Origin: Armatimonadia bacterium
GTDB taxonomy: Bacteria > Armatimonadota > Zipacnadia > Zipacnadales > UBA11051
Direction of reading: 5' to 3'
Assembly: GCA_039683575.1 (NCBI GenBank)
Contig: JBDKRC010000348.1
Location: 1 to 46,095, forward strand
Length of the DNA stretch: 46,095 nt
Part shown: positions 37,966 through 46,095 of the stretch, one piece after another
How the letters are laid out: each line of letters begins with the position of its first letter
Numbering within the stretch: the stretch's first letter is position 1
Notes under the pieces: model-generated
Seen by the model: the letters and a program-made list of their open reading frames with translations, nothing else
What the model was told of the DNA's origin: nothing
The model's database searches: none
Program-made: the position numbers and the translations under genes

Positions 37966-38981
37966 CGTAGCTCCTGCCAATCAAAGACTATTCCGAGCGG
38001 TGGGTGCTTATCTTCAGCAAGGCGCGAGTAGACCGCCGGAGCGCTCTCCGGCGATACGATCTCCGAGATAATCGGCCGCACCTTGAGCCTCCCCGCCGCC
38101 AATAGCGCCAGGAGGGTGCGGTAGTCGTCCCGGGCCGTCCAGTACCCGGGATAGGAGTCCACCTGCGGCCGCACCATCGTGTGGGCGCCAATGAGGGAGA
38201 CGCCGCGCCTGTGGACATACTGGTAGAAGTCAATGCCCACATCGGGAATGCGGGTGCAGCCGAGCAGACTGACCCGCCCTTGCCAGGCCACATAGGTCAG
38301 CGCCTGCTGCAGCGCCACGGCCGCCCCGGTCACTTCGACGATCCCGTCGGGGCCCTTGCCGTAGGTCAGCGCTTTGAGCTTCTCCGGCAGGTCTTCCTCG
38401 TCCGGCGAGAACGCGTAGTCGGCTCCGAGGGCAAGGGCAAGGTCCCGGCGGCGCTGGTCGAAGTCCGAGACGATCACGGGAATGGCCCCGTCCAGCCTCG
38501 CCAACTGGGCGGCAAACATGCCGAGAAGGCCGAGCCCGATGACCATGGCCGACTCGCCGATTTCGAGCTTCAGCTTGCGCACGCCCTGCAGACCCATCGC
38601 AGCGATGGCGACGAAGGACGCGTCGAGCGACTCGACGCGGTCGTCCCTGACTACCGTCAGGCTGTCGGCCTTCTGCACTGTGTGGGAGCAGTGGCCGGAG
38701 CCGAAGGTCAGCAGCACTCGGTCACCGACGGCGAGGTTCTCCACCCCGTCGCCGAGCGCGATCACGCGCCCGAGGCCGCAGTACCCTGGGTAGTATGGGA
38801 ACGCGCCCGAGGTGTTGGGCAGGTTCATCAGGTTGGCCCGCTCGGTACCGGCGCTGACGACGGTGTAGTCGGTCTCGAGAAGAACCTCACCAGCGCCGGG
38901 CTGCGGGACGTCGAGAGGCTTCAGCACCGCAGTGGCTATCGACTCGAAGACAATGTAGTGCCCGATCATATAGATCCCCAT
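37962..38981 (-). CDS. MDR-family dehydrogenase lacking canonical Zn ligands
   Basis: VSAGTE and PGY in place of CxxD/GHE; GLGLLG Rossmann motif; EVTG. An alternative start is at 38969. Confidence 0.85.
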   Translation of the reverse strand: MGIYMIGHYIVFESIATAVLKPLDVPQPGAGEVLLETDYTVVSAGTERANLMNLPNTSGAFPYYPGYCGLGRVIALGDGVENLAVGDRVLLTFGSGHCSHTVQKADSLTVVRDDRVESLDASFVAIAAMGLQGVRKLKLEIGESAMVIGLGLLGMFAAQLARLDGAIPVIVSDFDQRRRDLALALGADYAFSPDEEDLPEKLKALTYGKGPDGIVEVTGAAVALQQALTYVAWQGRVSLLGCTRIPDVGIDFYQYVHRRGVSLIGAHTMVRPQVDSYPGYWTARDDYRTLLALLAAGRLKVRPIISEIVSPESAPAVYSRLAEDKHPPLGIVFDWQELR

Positions 38982-39102
38982 TCGTTCAGGTCATTTGCAG
39001 GCTCAACGCCTTCTGGCTTCAGCCTCGCCAGGGTTGGGACACGGCGCAGCGCAGACGGGCACGCTAGAATACCTTAGTCCAGACGGCAATCTGCAAGATC
39101 GA

Positions 39103-39219
39103 TGTTGACTTCCCCGTCCGCCCCGTACCTCCTCCCCGCACACGCCAATAGTAACAGCAATCTGCCAGCCCGATCAGGTGAGCGCAATACCGTTAACAAC
39201 CGTCAGCCTGCCCCCCGGG
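39103..39219 (-). repeat. Copy 2 of the duplicated ~116-bp upstream module
   Basis: See 29945-30060. Same orientation and a similar distance (122 vs 127 nt) to a minus-strand start codon. Confidence 0.65.
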
Positions 39220-39237
39220 AAAATGAAGCGCGTCTCC

Positions 39238-40623
39238 TCACCAGGGCAGAACACGCAGGAGGCGCGTGGACGCTCGCTGAATCAGATCGCGGGTCCGGTA
39301 ACGGTCGTCAGGTCGGACCCCACCATAGCAGGCCCAGCCCGCACCAATGAGCAGGAGCGCCAGCGCGAAGAGCAGGGCATGGCCATCAGTGGTCAGCCAG
39401 GCATAGTGGCGCTCCCAGGAACCGCAAGTCTGCAGCAGCCCACCGGCCACCAGCGGTGCCACTCCGCCGACGAGGCCTATCCAGGCGTAGTAGAGCGCCG
39501 TGTAAGCGGTGTTCTCGGGGGGAGGGACGACGCCGTTGAACAGCAGCCGGCCAGCCCCGATGGCATTGCCGTTGAGGGCGATGCCATTGGCGAAGTACAG
39601 CAGCGCGCACCAGGGCAGCAGATGGGGAGCCTGTCGGGGCAAGAGCAGCCATCCGAGGGGAATGGCCAGGGTCAACGCCGACGCGGACATGAGGACCGGG
39701 CGGCTACCGAAACGGTCGGCAGTCCGTCCCCACAGCAAAGAGGCAAGCGCGCCGCCGATCATCACCGCTGTGTCCAGCGTCACCACTGTTCCCGGCGCAA
39801 TCCCCAAACGCTCCTTAAGGAACAGTGGCAGGAACGACAGATAGAGCATTGTACCGATGGTGACACACCCGAAGCCGGCCAGGTAGAGCACGAAGTTGCG
39901 GTCTCGCAGGGCCCGGCGCATGTTGCCCACATGGCCCTCCAAAGACTCTGTGTCCGGGCGGGGCGCGCCACCGGGCACAGGCAACATGGCAGCCACGGCG
40001 AGCAACCCGAAGACAAACCCGGCCGCAATCAGAACCATGAAGCCATCCAGGCCAGTGCCGCGCCTGATAACCTGGCCGGCGACGAACAGAGCCAGGCAGG
40101 AGGCCAGGGTGATCAGTACAGTCGAATTCGCGCCAAACCGGCCCCGCACACGATCCGGGACCACCTCCTGCGACCAGGGGTACCAGGCCGTTTCGGCCAG
40201 GGAACGCAGCACCGCGAAGAGCGCGACGATGGCGGTCAGGCAGATCAGGCCGCCGGCGTGCCCAAACCGCCCCATCACCCACGGCAGCAGCAACAGGCCC
40301 GCGACGGTGAACTTACGGGCCGTCCAGCAGGTTAGAAAGACCCGCCGGCGCCCCAGGCGCGTGGCCACGGGCGCGAACCCCAGCGCCAGCAACCCGGCGA
40401 AGGGCATCAGCGACAGCAGCATGCCTATCTGGGTCTTCGGCAGGCCGAGTTCGTGCAGGAAGAGCAGGAAGACAGAGCCAAAGACCGTCAGGTTCGCGAA
40501 GGCTGAATTGAGCGCGTTACCGGCCAACTGCCACGGCAGGCCCCGCAGCTTTTGCTCGTCCGACAATTCGGGCAGTTCCTGGGCTTCGCCCTCGCCTCGC
40601 GCAGGTCGGTCTGGGGATGGCAT
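39238..40623 (-). CDS. MFS transporter
   Basis: About 12 hydrophobic segments; motif A-like ATRLGRRR and GRTADRFGSRP; VPDRVRGRF. Confidence 0.88.
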   Translation of the reverse strand: MPSPDRPARGEGEAQELPELSDEQKLRGLPWQLAGNALNSAFANLTVFGSVFLLFLHELGLPKTQIGMLLSLMPFAGLLALGFAPVATRLGRRRVFLTCWTARKFTVAGLLLLPWVMGRFGHAGGLICLTAIVALFAVLRSLAETAWYPWSQEVVPDRVRGRFGANSTVLITLASCLALFVAGQVIRRGTGLDGFMVLIAAGFVFGLLAVAAMLPVPGGAPRPDTESLEGHVGNMRRALRDRNFVLYLAGFGCVTIGTMLYLSFLPLFLKERLGIAPGTVVTLDTAVMIGGALASLLWGRTADRFGSRPVLMSASALTLAIPLGWLLLPRQAPHLLPWCALLYFANGIALNGNAIGAGRLLFNGVVPPPENTAYTALYYAWIGLVGGVAPLVAGGLLQTCGSWERHYAWLTTDGHALLFALALLLIGAGWACYGGVRPDDRYRTRDLIQRASTRLLRVLPW

Positions 40624-40661
40624 CGTTCAGTACTCCGCTTCGAGCCTCGATAGATCTCGTC

Positions 40662-40820
40662 ATGGCCCCGTAGGGTCCCAGAGCTAATCTGCAGGGCCTG
40701 GGAAGCCCCTCGGCCTCAAGACGCTCCTGGATTGAGCCGGCGTCCCTTCAAGAGCCTGTGAGATCTGCCTGGCAGCCGATGCTCGCGGTCCAGATCGGTT
40801 TTGGGACCTCACGAGCTATC
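40662..40820 (+). repeat. ~160-bp intergenic element bounded by long imperfect inverted repeats (MITE/REP-like)
   Basis: 40673-40691 pairs with 40791-40809 at 14/19 Watson-Crick; 4 of the 5 other pairs are G-T on the + strand. Pairing extends outward to about 40662/40819. Confidence 0.6.
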
Positions 40821-40822
40821 GG

Positions 40823-43800
40823 TTACTTGATGTGGACCACGGCCACGTCCTGCTCCGGGATCGTCACGGTCATCTCGGCGGGAGCATCGCTCTTCACGCC
40901 CGCCTCGAACACCGTTGCCACCTGCCCGGCCTGCAGGTCCTTGTTCCGCAGCCTGACCTGCAACGGCTTGTCCCCTTCGTTGAAGAGCAGGACCAGGCGC
41001 TCGCCGCCGCGCTTCAGCACCAGCACATCCGGGTACTGCAGCTTATCACACTCGGCCAGACTGTCGTCACGCTCGCCCGTGTGGAACAGGTCTTCATACG
41101 TGGCCAGGATCCGGGTGGCCTCTCCGATCCAGTACAGCATGCCGCCCACACGATCCATGGAAGTACACAGATCCACGCCTCCCCCCAGCGTCGCGACAAT
41201 CCGCAGGATCTCGCGCTTCTGCAGTCTTGGGTCCTCGTAATCCTCAGTTTTGCTGAGGAACGTCTGCGGGTTGACGATCCGCGCGTAGCCATGCCCCATC
41301 GCAAACTCCTGCCCCATCACCTTGTCGCGGCTCAGGCCCACCTTGTCGCGGAACATGACCGCGACGTCGTCCAGGTACTTCTGCCCGGAGGCGCTGCCCG
41401 CCTCGTTTCCGGGAACGCCCGGGAACGCCAGGTCAATGCTGCCTTTGAGTGCATGCCAGAGCTTCGTATGGGATGACCACGAGTAGAGCAAGTAAGGCTT
41501 GCCCAGCTCGTTGGAGGCCTGTTTGGCGATGGCGGCCACCTTGCCGTCAAGTCCGCAGCGGAAGGTGTCCCACTGTGACTTATAGTCCCTGAAGATCGCG
41601 GCGTCGGAAAGATCCGCGTCCGCCGGCAGGTTGGCCCACTTGCGGAACTCGCCCTTGCAGCGGTCGCAGAAGCACCAGGATCCCTTGCCGTCGCGGGCCC
41701 CGGTGCCGGGCGAGCCGTGCAGGGGGTCCCAGGCTACCTCCTCCCAGTCGCTCCAGATGATGGAGGTCCCCGGCAGCTTGTCCAGCATGTTCTGGTAGCA
41801 CGCCTTCACCTCCGCCAGGAAGGCGGCCCGTCCCTCGCCCACGACGAACGAGGGGCAGTACTGATCGCGCTTTTCCCAGGTGTCGCTGTCCTCGAAATAG
41901 CGCGCGCGTGCCTCGGGATGCTCCTGGAGCCAGCGGTACCCGGGGCGTGACTGCACGTTTCGCATGCCGTAGAATGGGTAGTTCGACCAGATGATGAGGC
42001 GTCCGCCCGCCTTCCGAACCTCTTCAGCCGTAGCGGGTGCGGGCCCGACCCAGGTGTTGAAGCCCGCCTGGAACGATTGCCGCAGATGCTGTTGATGGTG
42101 CTCCGGCGAGAACCGCGCGCCGGGATAGTAGCCGGAGCAGGGCTCGGAGCAGTACTGGGAGACCATGATGTTCTTGCAGAAGCGGCCATTGATCGGCGGG
42201 AGGACGCGCACGGGAATCCTCTGCTCGAGCTCGGTGAAGTTCCCTTTGGCGATCCGCCTATAGTACCAGGCCGTCGTCCGTTCGGGCCCCGACCACTTCT
42301 CGAGCAGCAAGGGCAGGAACTGGCCGGTAATCCGGTCCGGCGCCACATTGCTCTTGTCCTGTGAGATGCGGTAGCGGGTGTACGGGCGGCCGTCATGCTC
42401 CGTGGTCTCCGTGGCCACCCCGGTGGGCCGAACATTGTGCTGGCTCCGCCCGCTCTCGTGCATGATGTCGAGCAGGCGCGTGCCGGCGGGGACATCCACG
42501 ATGAACTCATAGCCGTCCAATGCGAAGGGGAATTGCGAATAGAGCATGAGGGCCAGGTTTTCCATGGCGCCCTCGGAGATGCCCCATTCTTTGATCAGCG
42601 GGTTCAGGCAGCGGTCCGGCCCGTCGTGCCCGGCGTTCCACAGCACCGCCTGGCGCAGCAGCGCCCTCGGCACTCCGCCGGGCGCCCACATGAAGCCCTG
42701 CGCGTCAGGGGCAACCAGCGGCCACTGGTTGTCATCGAACTCCACGGCCTGCCATCCGGCCGCTTCCTGAGTGGAGACGCGCCAACGGGAGTCGGTCGCT
42801 GGATCGCCCGCCAGGCGCACTTTCACACCGGGGTTCGGCCCCTGAGCCTGGGCGTCGATGCCGAAGATCGTGACGCCCTCACGGATTCGCGCTTGCGCCG
42901 GCTGTCCGGGCTGCGCCGTAATCGCCTCGCCGTTGACGAGGAGTTTCGCCGAGGCATTGCGGACCTGCAACTCGATCCGAAGAGGTCTGGAGGCGCGCAC
43001 AGGTCCCCCTGAGCCGCCGGGATCGCTGCCGTCATCCTTGACAAGTTCGACGTTGTCGTACCAGGCGGTCGCTCCGCTCGAGATGTTGTAGACCATCAAC
43101 ATGGACTCGAGCAGCTTGTCGCTGGTCTGGAAGCGGAGTTCATAGTGGCCCCATTGGCCCGCCACGTCGCCCGGGGCAGCGCGGTCTCCACAACGACGGT
43201 AAGTCCACTCCACGTCCTTCCGGTCGCGCTCGATCACATCCACGCTGATGGTCCCTGAACTGAACTTCGTGCGCTTGATGTCACAGCGCAGGATGTACTT
43301 CGTCGCCGGCTCGAGCTTAAGGCCCTGCGAGGCGCCGACGAAGATGTTCGGGCCGCCAGAACCGTCGAGCCGGATGGACTTACCGCCCATCGTCGCCGTG
43401 GCGACGTCAATGGCTACGCGCCCCGGCTCCCGCAGACTCCAACCCTTCACGTCGTCCTCGAAGCTGCCGTTGGCGACGCTGCTCCCCGCCGCGCCCTGCT
43501 GCCGTGCCAGGAACTCGTTGTAGGGTGCACTGAACTGCTGTTGAGCGGCGGTGACCTCTGCGGCCACAGGCGCACCTCGGAAGGCCAGGGCGGCGAAGTT
43601 CGCAACATCCGCGAAGCTGTCCTTCACCGGCGCCCAGGAGGAGAACCTCTCCTCCGCGGGGCCACACGTCAGATTGCGGGCAACATTGAACTTCCAGGTG
43701 TCGCCTTCCTTGGGGGTGACCCCGAGGACGGCGAAGGGAATCCGCTCCTCCAGGCACCAGTCGTCGCCGGCAATTCGCGCCTTTGTCGTCCACGCCCAGA

Positions 43801-44233
43801 CCTTGTCGGCCCCTCCGCTCTGCCTGCCATTCCAGCGGGCGCCGGCCGTGTTGGCGATGAGTTGGAAGTAGTCGGCCGCTGCCGGGACGATGAACACCTC
43901 GATGCTGTCGTCATCCCACAGCGGCTCGCCGTCGGCGGTCAACGGCCTGATCAAGCGACTGAATGGCTCCCTGCAACGCACTGCCACGTACAGGGAGTCG
44001 CCGGACCAGCCGATGCGGAACGAGGTGGGCTTTCTGTAGGCAAAGCCGTCCGCCTTGAGGCGATGGAACCCCATCGCCTCGGGCAGCCCTTGCCACGCGG
44101 CGTCGTCGATGCTTCCGTCTACCGTCGGGGGCGCCGCCAGACGATAGCACGGGTATGCGAGGGGCTGCTGCGCCAACCCAAGAGAAGTCGTCAGCAGTGA
44201 GACAGCTATAACCGCGACGAAAGCCCTACCCAT
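40823..44233 (-). CDS. Large secreted protein: N-terminal CBM9/DOMON-like domain, CBM4/9-like domain, unassigned C-terminal catalytic barrel
   Basis: RBS AGGAG and signal peptide MGRAFVAVIAVSLLTTSLGLA; VDGSIDDAAW...DDSIEVF...EERIPF...WKFNVAR; NGSFE...AWYDNV; WCFCDRCKGEF. Confidence 0.75.
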   Translation of the reverse strand: MGRAFVAVIAVSLLTTSLGLAQQPLAYPCYRLAAPPTVDGSIDDAAWQGLPEAMGFHRLKADGFAYRKPTSFRIGWSGDSLYVAVRCREPFSRLIRPLTADGEPLWDDDSIEVFIVPAAADYFQLIANTAGARWNGRQSGGADKVWAWTTKARIAGDDWCLEERIPFAVLGVTPKEGDTWKFNVARNLTCGPAEERFSSWAPVKDSFADVANFAALAFRGAPVAAEVTAAQQQFSAPYNEFLARQQGAAGSSVANGSFEDDVKGWSLREPGRVAIDVATATMGGKSIRLDGSGGPNIFVGASQGLKLEPATKYILRCDIKRTKFSSGTISVDVIERDRKDVEWTYRRCGDRAAPGDVAGQWGHYELRFQTSDKLLESMLMVYNISSGATAWYDNVELVKDDGSDPGGSGGPVRASRPLRIELQVRNASAKLLVNGEAITAQPGQPAQARIREGVTIFGIDAQAQGPNPGVKVRLAGDPATDSRWRVSTQEAAGWQAVEFDDNQWPLVAPDAQGFMWAPGGVPRALLRQAVLWNAGHDGPDRCLNPLIKEWGISEGAMENLALMLYSQFPFALDGYEFIVDVPAGTRLLDIMHESGRSQHNVRPTGVATETTEHDGRPYTRYRISQDKSNVAPDRITGQFLPLLLEKWSGPERTTAWYYRRIAKGNFTELEQRIPVRVLPPINGRFCKNIMVSQYCSEPCSGYYPGARFSPEHHQQHLRQSFQAGFNTWVGPAPATAEEVRKAGGRLIIWSNYPFYGMRNVQSRPGYRWLQEHPEARARYFEDSDTWEKRDQYCPSFVVGEGRAAFLAEVKACYQNMLDKLPGTSIIWSDWEEVAWDPLHGSPGTGARDGKGSWCFCDRCKGEFRKWANLPADADLSDAAIFRDYKSQWDTFRCGLDGKVAAIAKQASNELGKPYLLYSWSSHTKLWHALKGSIDLAFPGVPGNEAGSASGQKYLDDVAVMFRDKVGLSRDKVMGQEFAMGHGYARIVNPQTFLSKTEDYEDPRLQKREILRIVATLGGGVDLCTSMDRVGGMLYWIGEATRILATYEDLFHTGERDDSLAECDKLQYPDVLVLKRGGERLVLLFNEGDKPLQVRLRNKDLQAGQVATVFEAGVKSDAPAEMTVTIPEQDVAVVHIK

Positions 44234-44436
44234 CGTGATCAACTCCTGGGGTCTGAGGTTAAGCCGACAGCGGCGGCACAGCGAACTGCAGTAAGGCTGC
44301 CCATATACAAGGTCGCCTGTCTCTTCCTCGCTCCACTCCTCAACCGGTTGCGCGATCGGTGCCCGGGGGGGCACCCCGCGGAGCAGCCGCAACGCGTCTT
44401 GGCCGGGCAGATGCCTCGAGAGGATGCCTCCATGCT

Positions 44437-44465
44437 ATTCGCAACGGTGGCTTGGAGTTCCTGCC
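44437..44465 (-). promoter_or_regulatory. GGCAGGA-N18-GAAT promoter-like motif
   Basis: Minus strand ggcAGGA actccaagccaccgttgc GAAT, pointing to ATG 44233. Confidence 0.45.
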
Positions 44466-44605
44466 GGGGCCGGCGCCTGGGCTTGTCCCCAGTGTCCGCA
44501 GCACACCGGTGGTTGGGATCCGCACCCCGGTTGGCAGGAGACGGCCCTCGCCCGGGTGGCCGCCGCGTGGTACCAGCGCGAAATCCTCGGTCAGAGTATT
44601 GGGGG

Positions 44606-44632
44606 GGAAGGGTTGCCGCTGCGAACGGCGAA
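44606..44632 (+). promoter_or_regulatory. AGGG-N17-GAA promoter-like motif
   Basis: ggaAGGG ttgccgctgcgaacggc GAA, 49 nt before ATG 44681. Confidence 0.35.
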
Positions 44633-44680
44633 GCTCTGTCCGACCAAGGAAGCAAGGTTGGAGCGCGACAGGAAGAATCA

Positions 44681-46095
44681 ATGCTATATGCAGTCAGTGC
44701 TTGCAGGCGGCACGGTTTCACTCTCGGTAAGATGATCTATCTATACACTGCGCTGCTTGCCGCTACTGTCGGCAGCTTCGGAGCGGGCGAGGCCGTCGGT
44801 GCACCCGTCCACGAGAAACAGGCGATTGTCCAGGATGGTGAGCGAATGGTTCAGACGCGAATTTCTGGCAGGTGGGCGGGGGCCCCGATTTGTCTGAGCG
44901 CAAACAACATGTCGATCGCGACGGGCCAACCTTCGCTGGTGCTCATGTCGAGCGGCTCGACGCACATCCCGGTGTGGTCGCTATCGGGCGGCACGGCTGG
45001 GCAGTCTGTCGCCGGACTCGTGAGCGGTCTCCCCAGCGGGTGCGGCGCCGTGAAGGTCGAGATCGTCGTGACCACGACCGATGCCTCGACGAGCCCCGAC
45101 TATGAGGATGTCTACAGGTGCCACCTATCGCAGATGGTAGAGGGTGCTCCCTTCACGTCCCGGTATGTGCTGGGCACCCCCGTGCGAACCGCGCTTCCCG
45201 CCGGACCGTTCTACACTCGGACCATCCTCCTGGCCCCCTACTACGAGGTGGAGCCGAATGCTCCCCTGTGGGTGCGCATTCAGCGGGAGCCGGCCGATCC
45301 CGCCGACACGTTCACCAAGCCCACTGGCCTGGCAATGGTCAAGGTAACGCCTCTGGAGGCTCTCGCGAAGCCGCAGGTCGTGCAGGACGTGAGCGGCTAC
45401 AACTCGTGGCCCATGATCCAGGCCCTCGGAGACAAGCTGGTTTGCGTGTACAGCCGAGGCACGGCGCACACGATCGCTGAAGACGCCCGCGCGGTGTACG
45501 CGCGCACCTCCACGGACAACGGCAAGACGTGGACGAAGGAAACTGTTGTCGCCAACACGCCGGGCTACGGCGAGGTCGCCATCGGGAAAGGGCTGGACTC
45601 CACGGGGGCGATGTTCGTCTGGGTGCGGCGAATCGGGAAGGACTGGAACCACGACCTCTACCGCACCACGGATGGTGTGACGTTCACGCTCGTGACGACG
45701 CCGAAGCTCGCCGTGATGCCGATGCAGATCACCGACGTCTTCTCGGTCCCCAATATCGGGCTCATGGCACTATGGTTCGCAGGGGCGTACGATGACAGCC
45801 CGAGTCACTCCTGGGGCAAGCTGATCAGCAGTGACGATGGCGCAACCTGGACACAGACCACCATCGAGTCCAACCTGCCCAAATCCGAGTGGCCGACCGA
45901 GCCGTCCGCTGTCTATCTCGGCAAGGGCAGGATTCTCGTGATCGCACGGATAGAGGGGGGAGGCGCGTCTACGACGCAATCACAGTTCCAGATGGTATCG
46001 ACCGACTATGGTGCGACGTGGACGCGCTCGAAAACAAACATCGGTGATGTCTCCCAGTCGACGCCGAGCCTGATCCTCGACGCCGAAACCGGTCT
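44681..46095 (+). CDS. BNR/Asp-box sialidase-like protein (runs off the window end; absent from the ORF track)
   Basis: Open frame from ATG 44681 (or 44732) to the end of the window. YNSWP and Asp-boxes STDNGKTW, SSDDGATW, STDYGATW, plus PTEPS. Confidence 0.85.
   Translation, partial: MLYAVSACRRHGFTLGKMIYLYTALLAATVGSFGAGEAVGAPVHEKQAIVQDGERMVQTRISGRWAGAPICLSANNMSIATGQPSLVLMSSGSTHIPVWSLSGGTAGQSVAGLVSGLPSGCGAVKVEIVVTTTDASTSPDYEDVYRCHLSQMVEGAPFTSRYVLGTPVRTALPAGPFYTRTILLAPYYEVEPNAPLWVRIQREPADPADTFTKPTGLAMVKVTPLEALAKPQVVQDVSGYNSWPMIQALGDKLVCVYSRGTAHTIAEDARAVYARTSTDNGKTWTKETVVANTPGYGEVAIGKGLDSTGAMFVWVRRIGKDWNHDLYRTTDGVTFTLVTTPKLAVMPMQITDVFSVPNIGLMALWFAGAYDDSPSHSWGKLISSDDGATWTQTTIESNLPKSEWPTEPSAVYLGKGRILVIARIEGGGASTTQSQFQMVSTDYGATWTRSKTNIGDVSQSTPSLILDAETG

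Noticed and set aside
44234-44392. Upstream extension of the 40823..44392 ORF
   Set aside because: RBS AGGAG and the signal peptide support ATG 44233.

Overview
GC-rich bacterial accessory region devoted almost entirely to carbohydrate breakdown. Gene content and style suggest Armatimonadota or a similar lineage, but that is inference. About 24 intact CDSs are present, mostly on the minus strand: GH2, two GH36/27-like barrels, a heparinase II/III-like lyase, a BNR/sialidase (truncated by the window end), several large secreted multi-domain proteins with unassignable catalytic cores, an SGNH esterase, a DegT aminotransferase, a PfkB kinase, a ceramidase-like amidohydrolase, an acetamidase, five oxidoreductases, an MFS transporter, a solitary Flp pilin and an orphan glycyl-radical enzyme with an atypical Cys loop (ACNR). 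I saw no rRNA, tRNA, CRISPR array, transposase, integrase or transcription factor. The most striking non-gene signals are: (i) rearrangement scars, namely a sugar-ABC permease 5' half and ATPase 3' half with a GH2 gene between them, a UroD-family 3' stub welded to a promoter, and a prepilin-like leader on the sialidase; (ii) a ~160-bp strand-biased hairpin element whose partial copies sit near the edges of the GH2 segment; (iii) a duplicated ~116-bp upstream module; and (iv) a recurring AGG(A/G)-N17/18-GAA promoter-like motif. All family calls come from reading motifs by eye; no database search was run.
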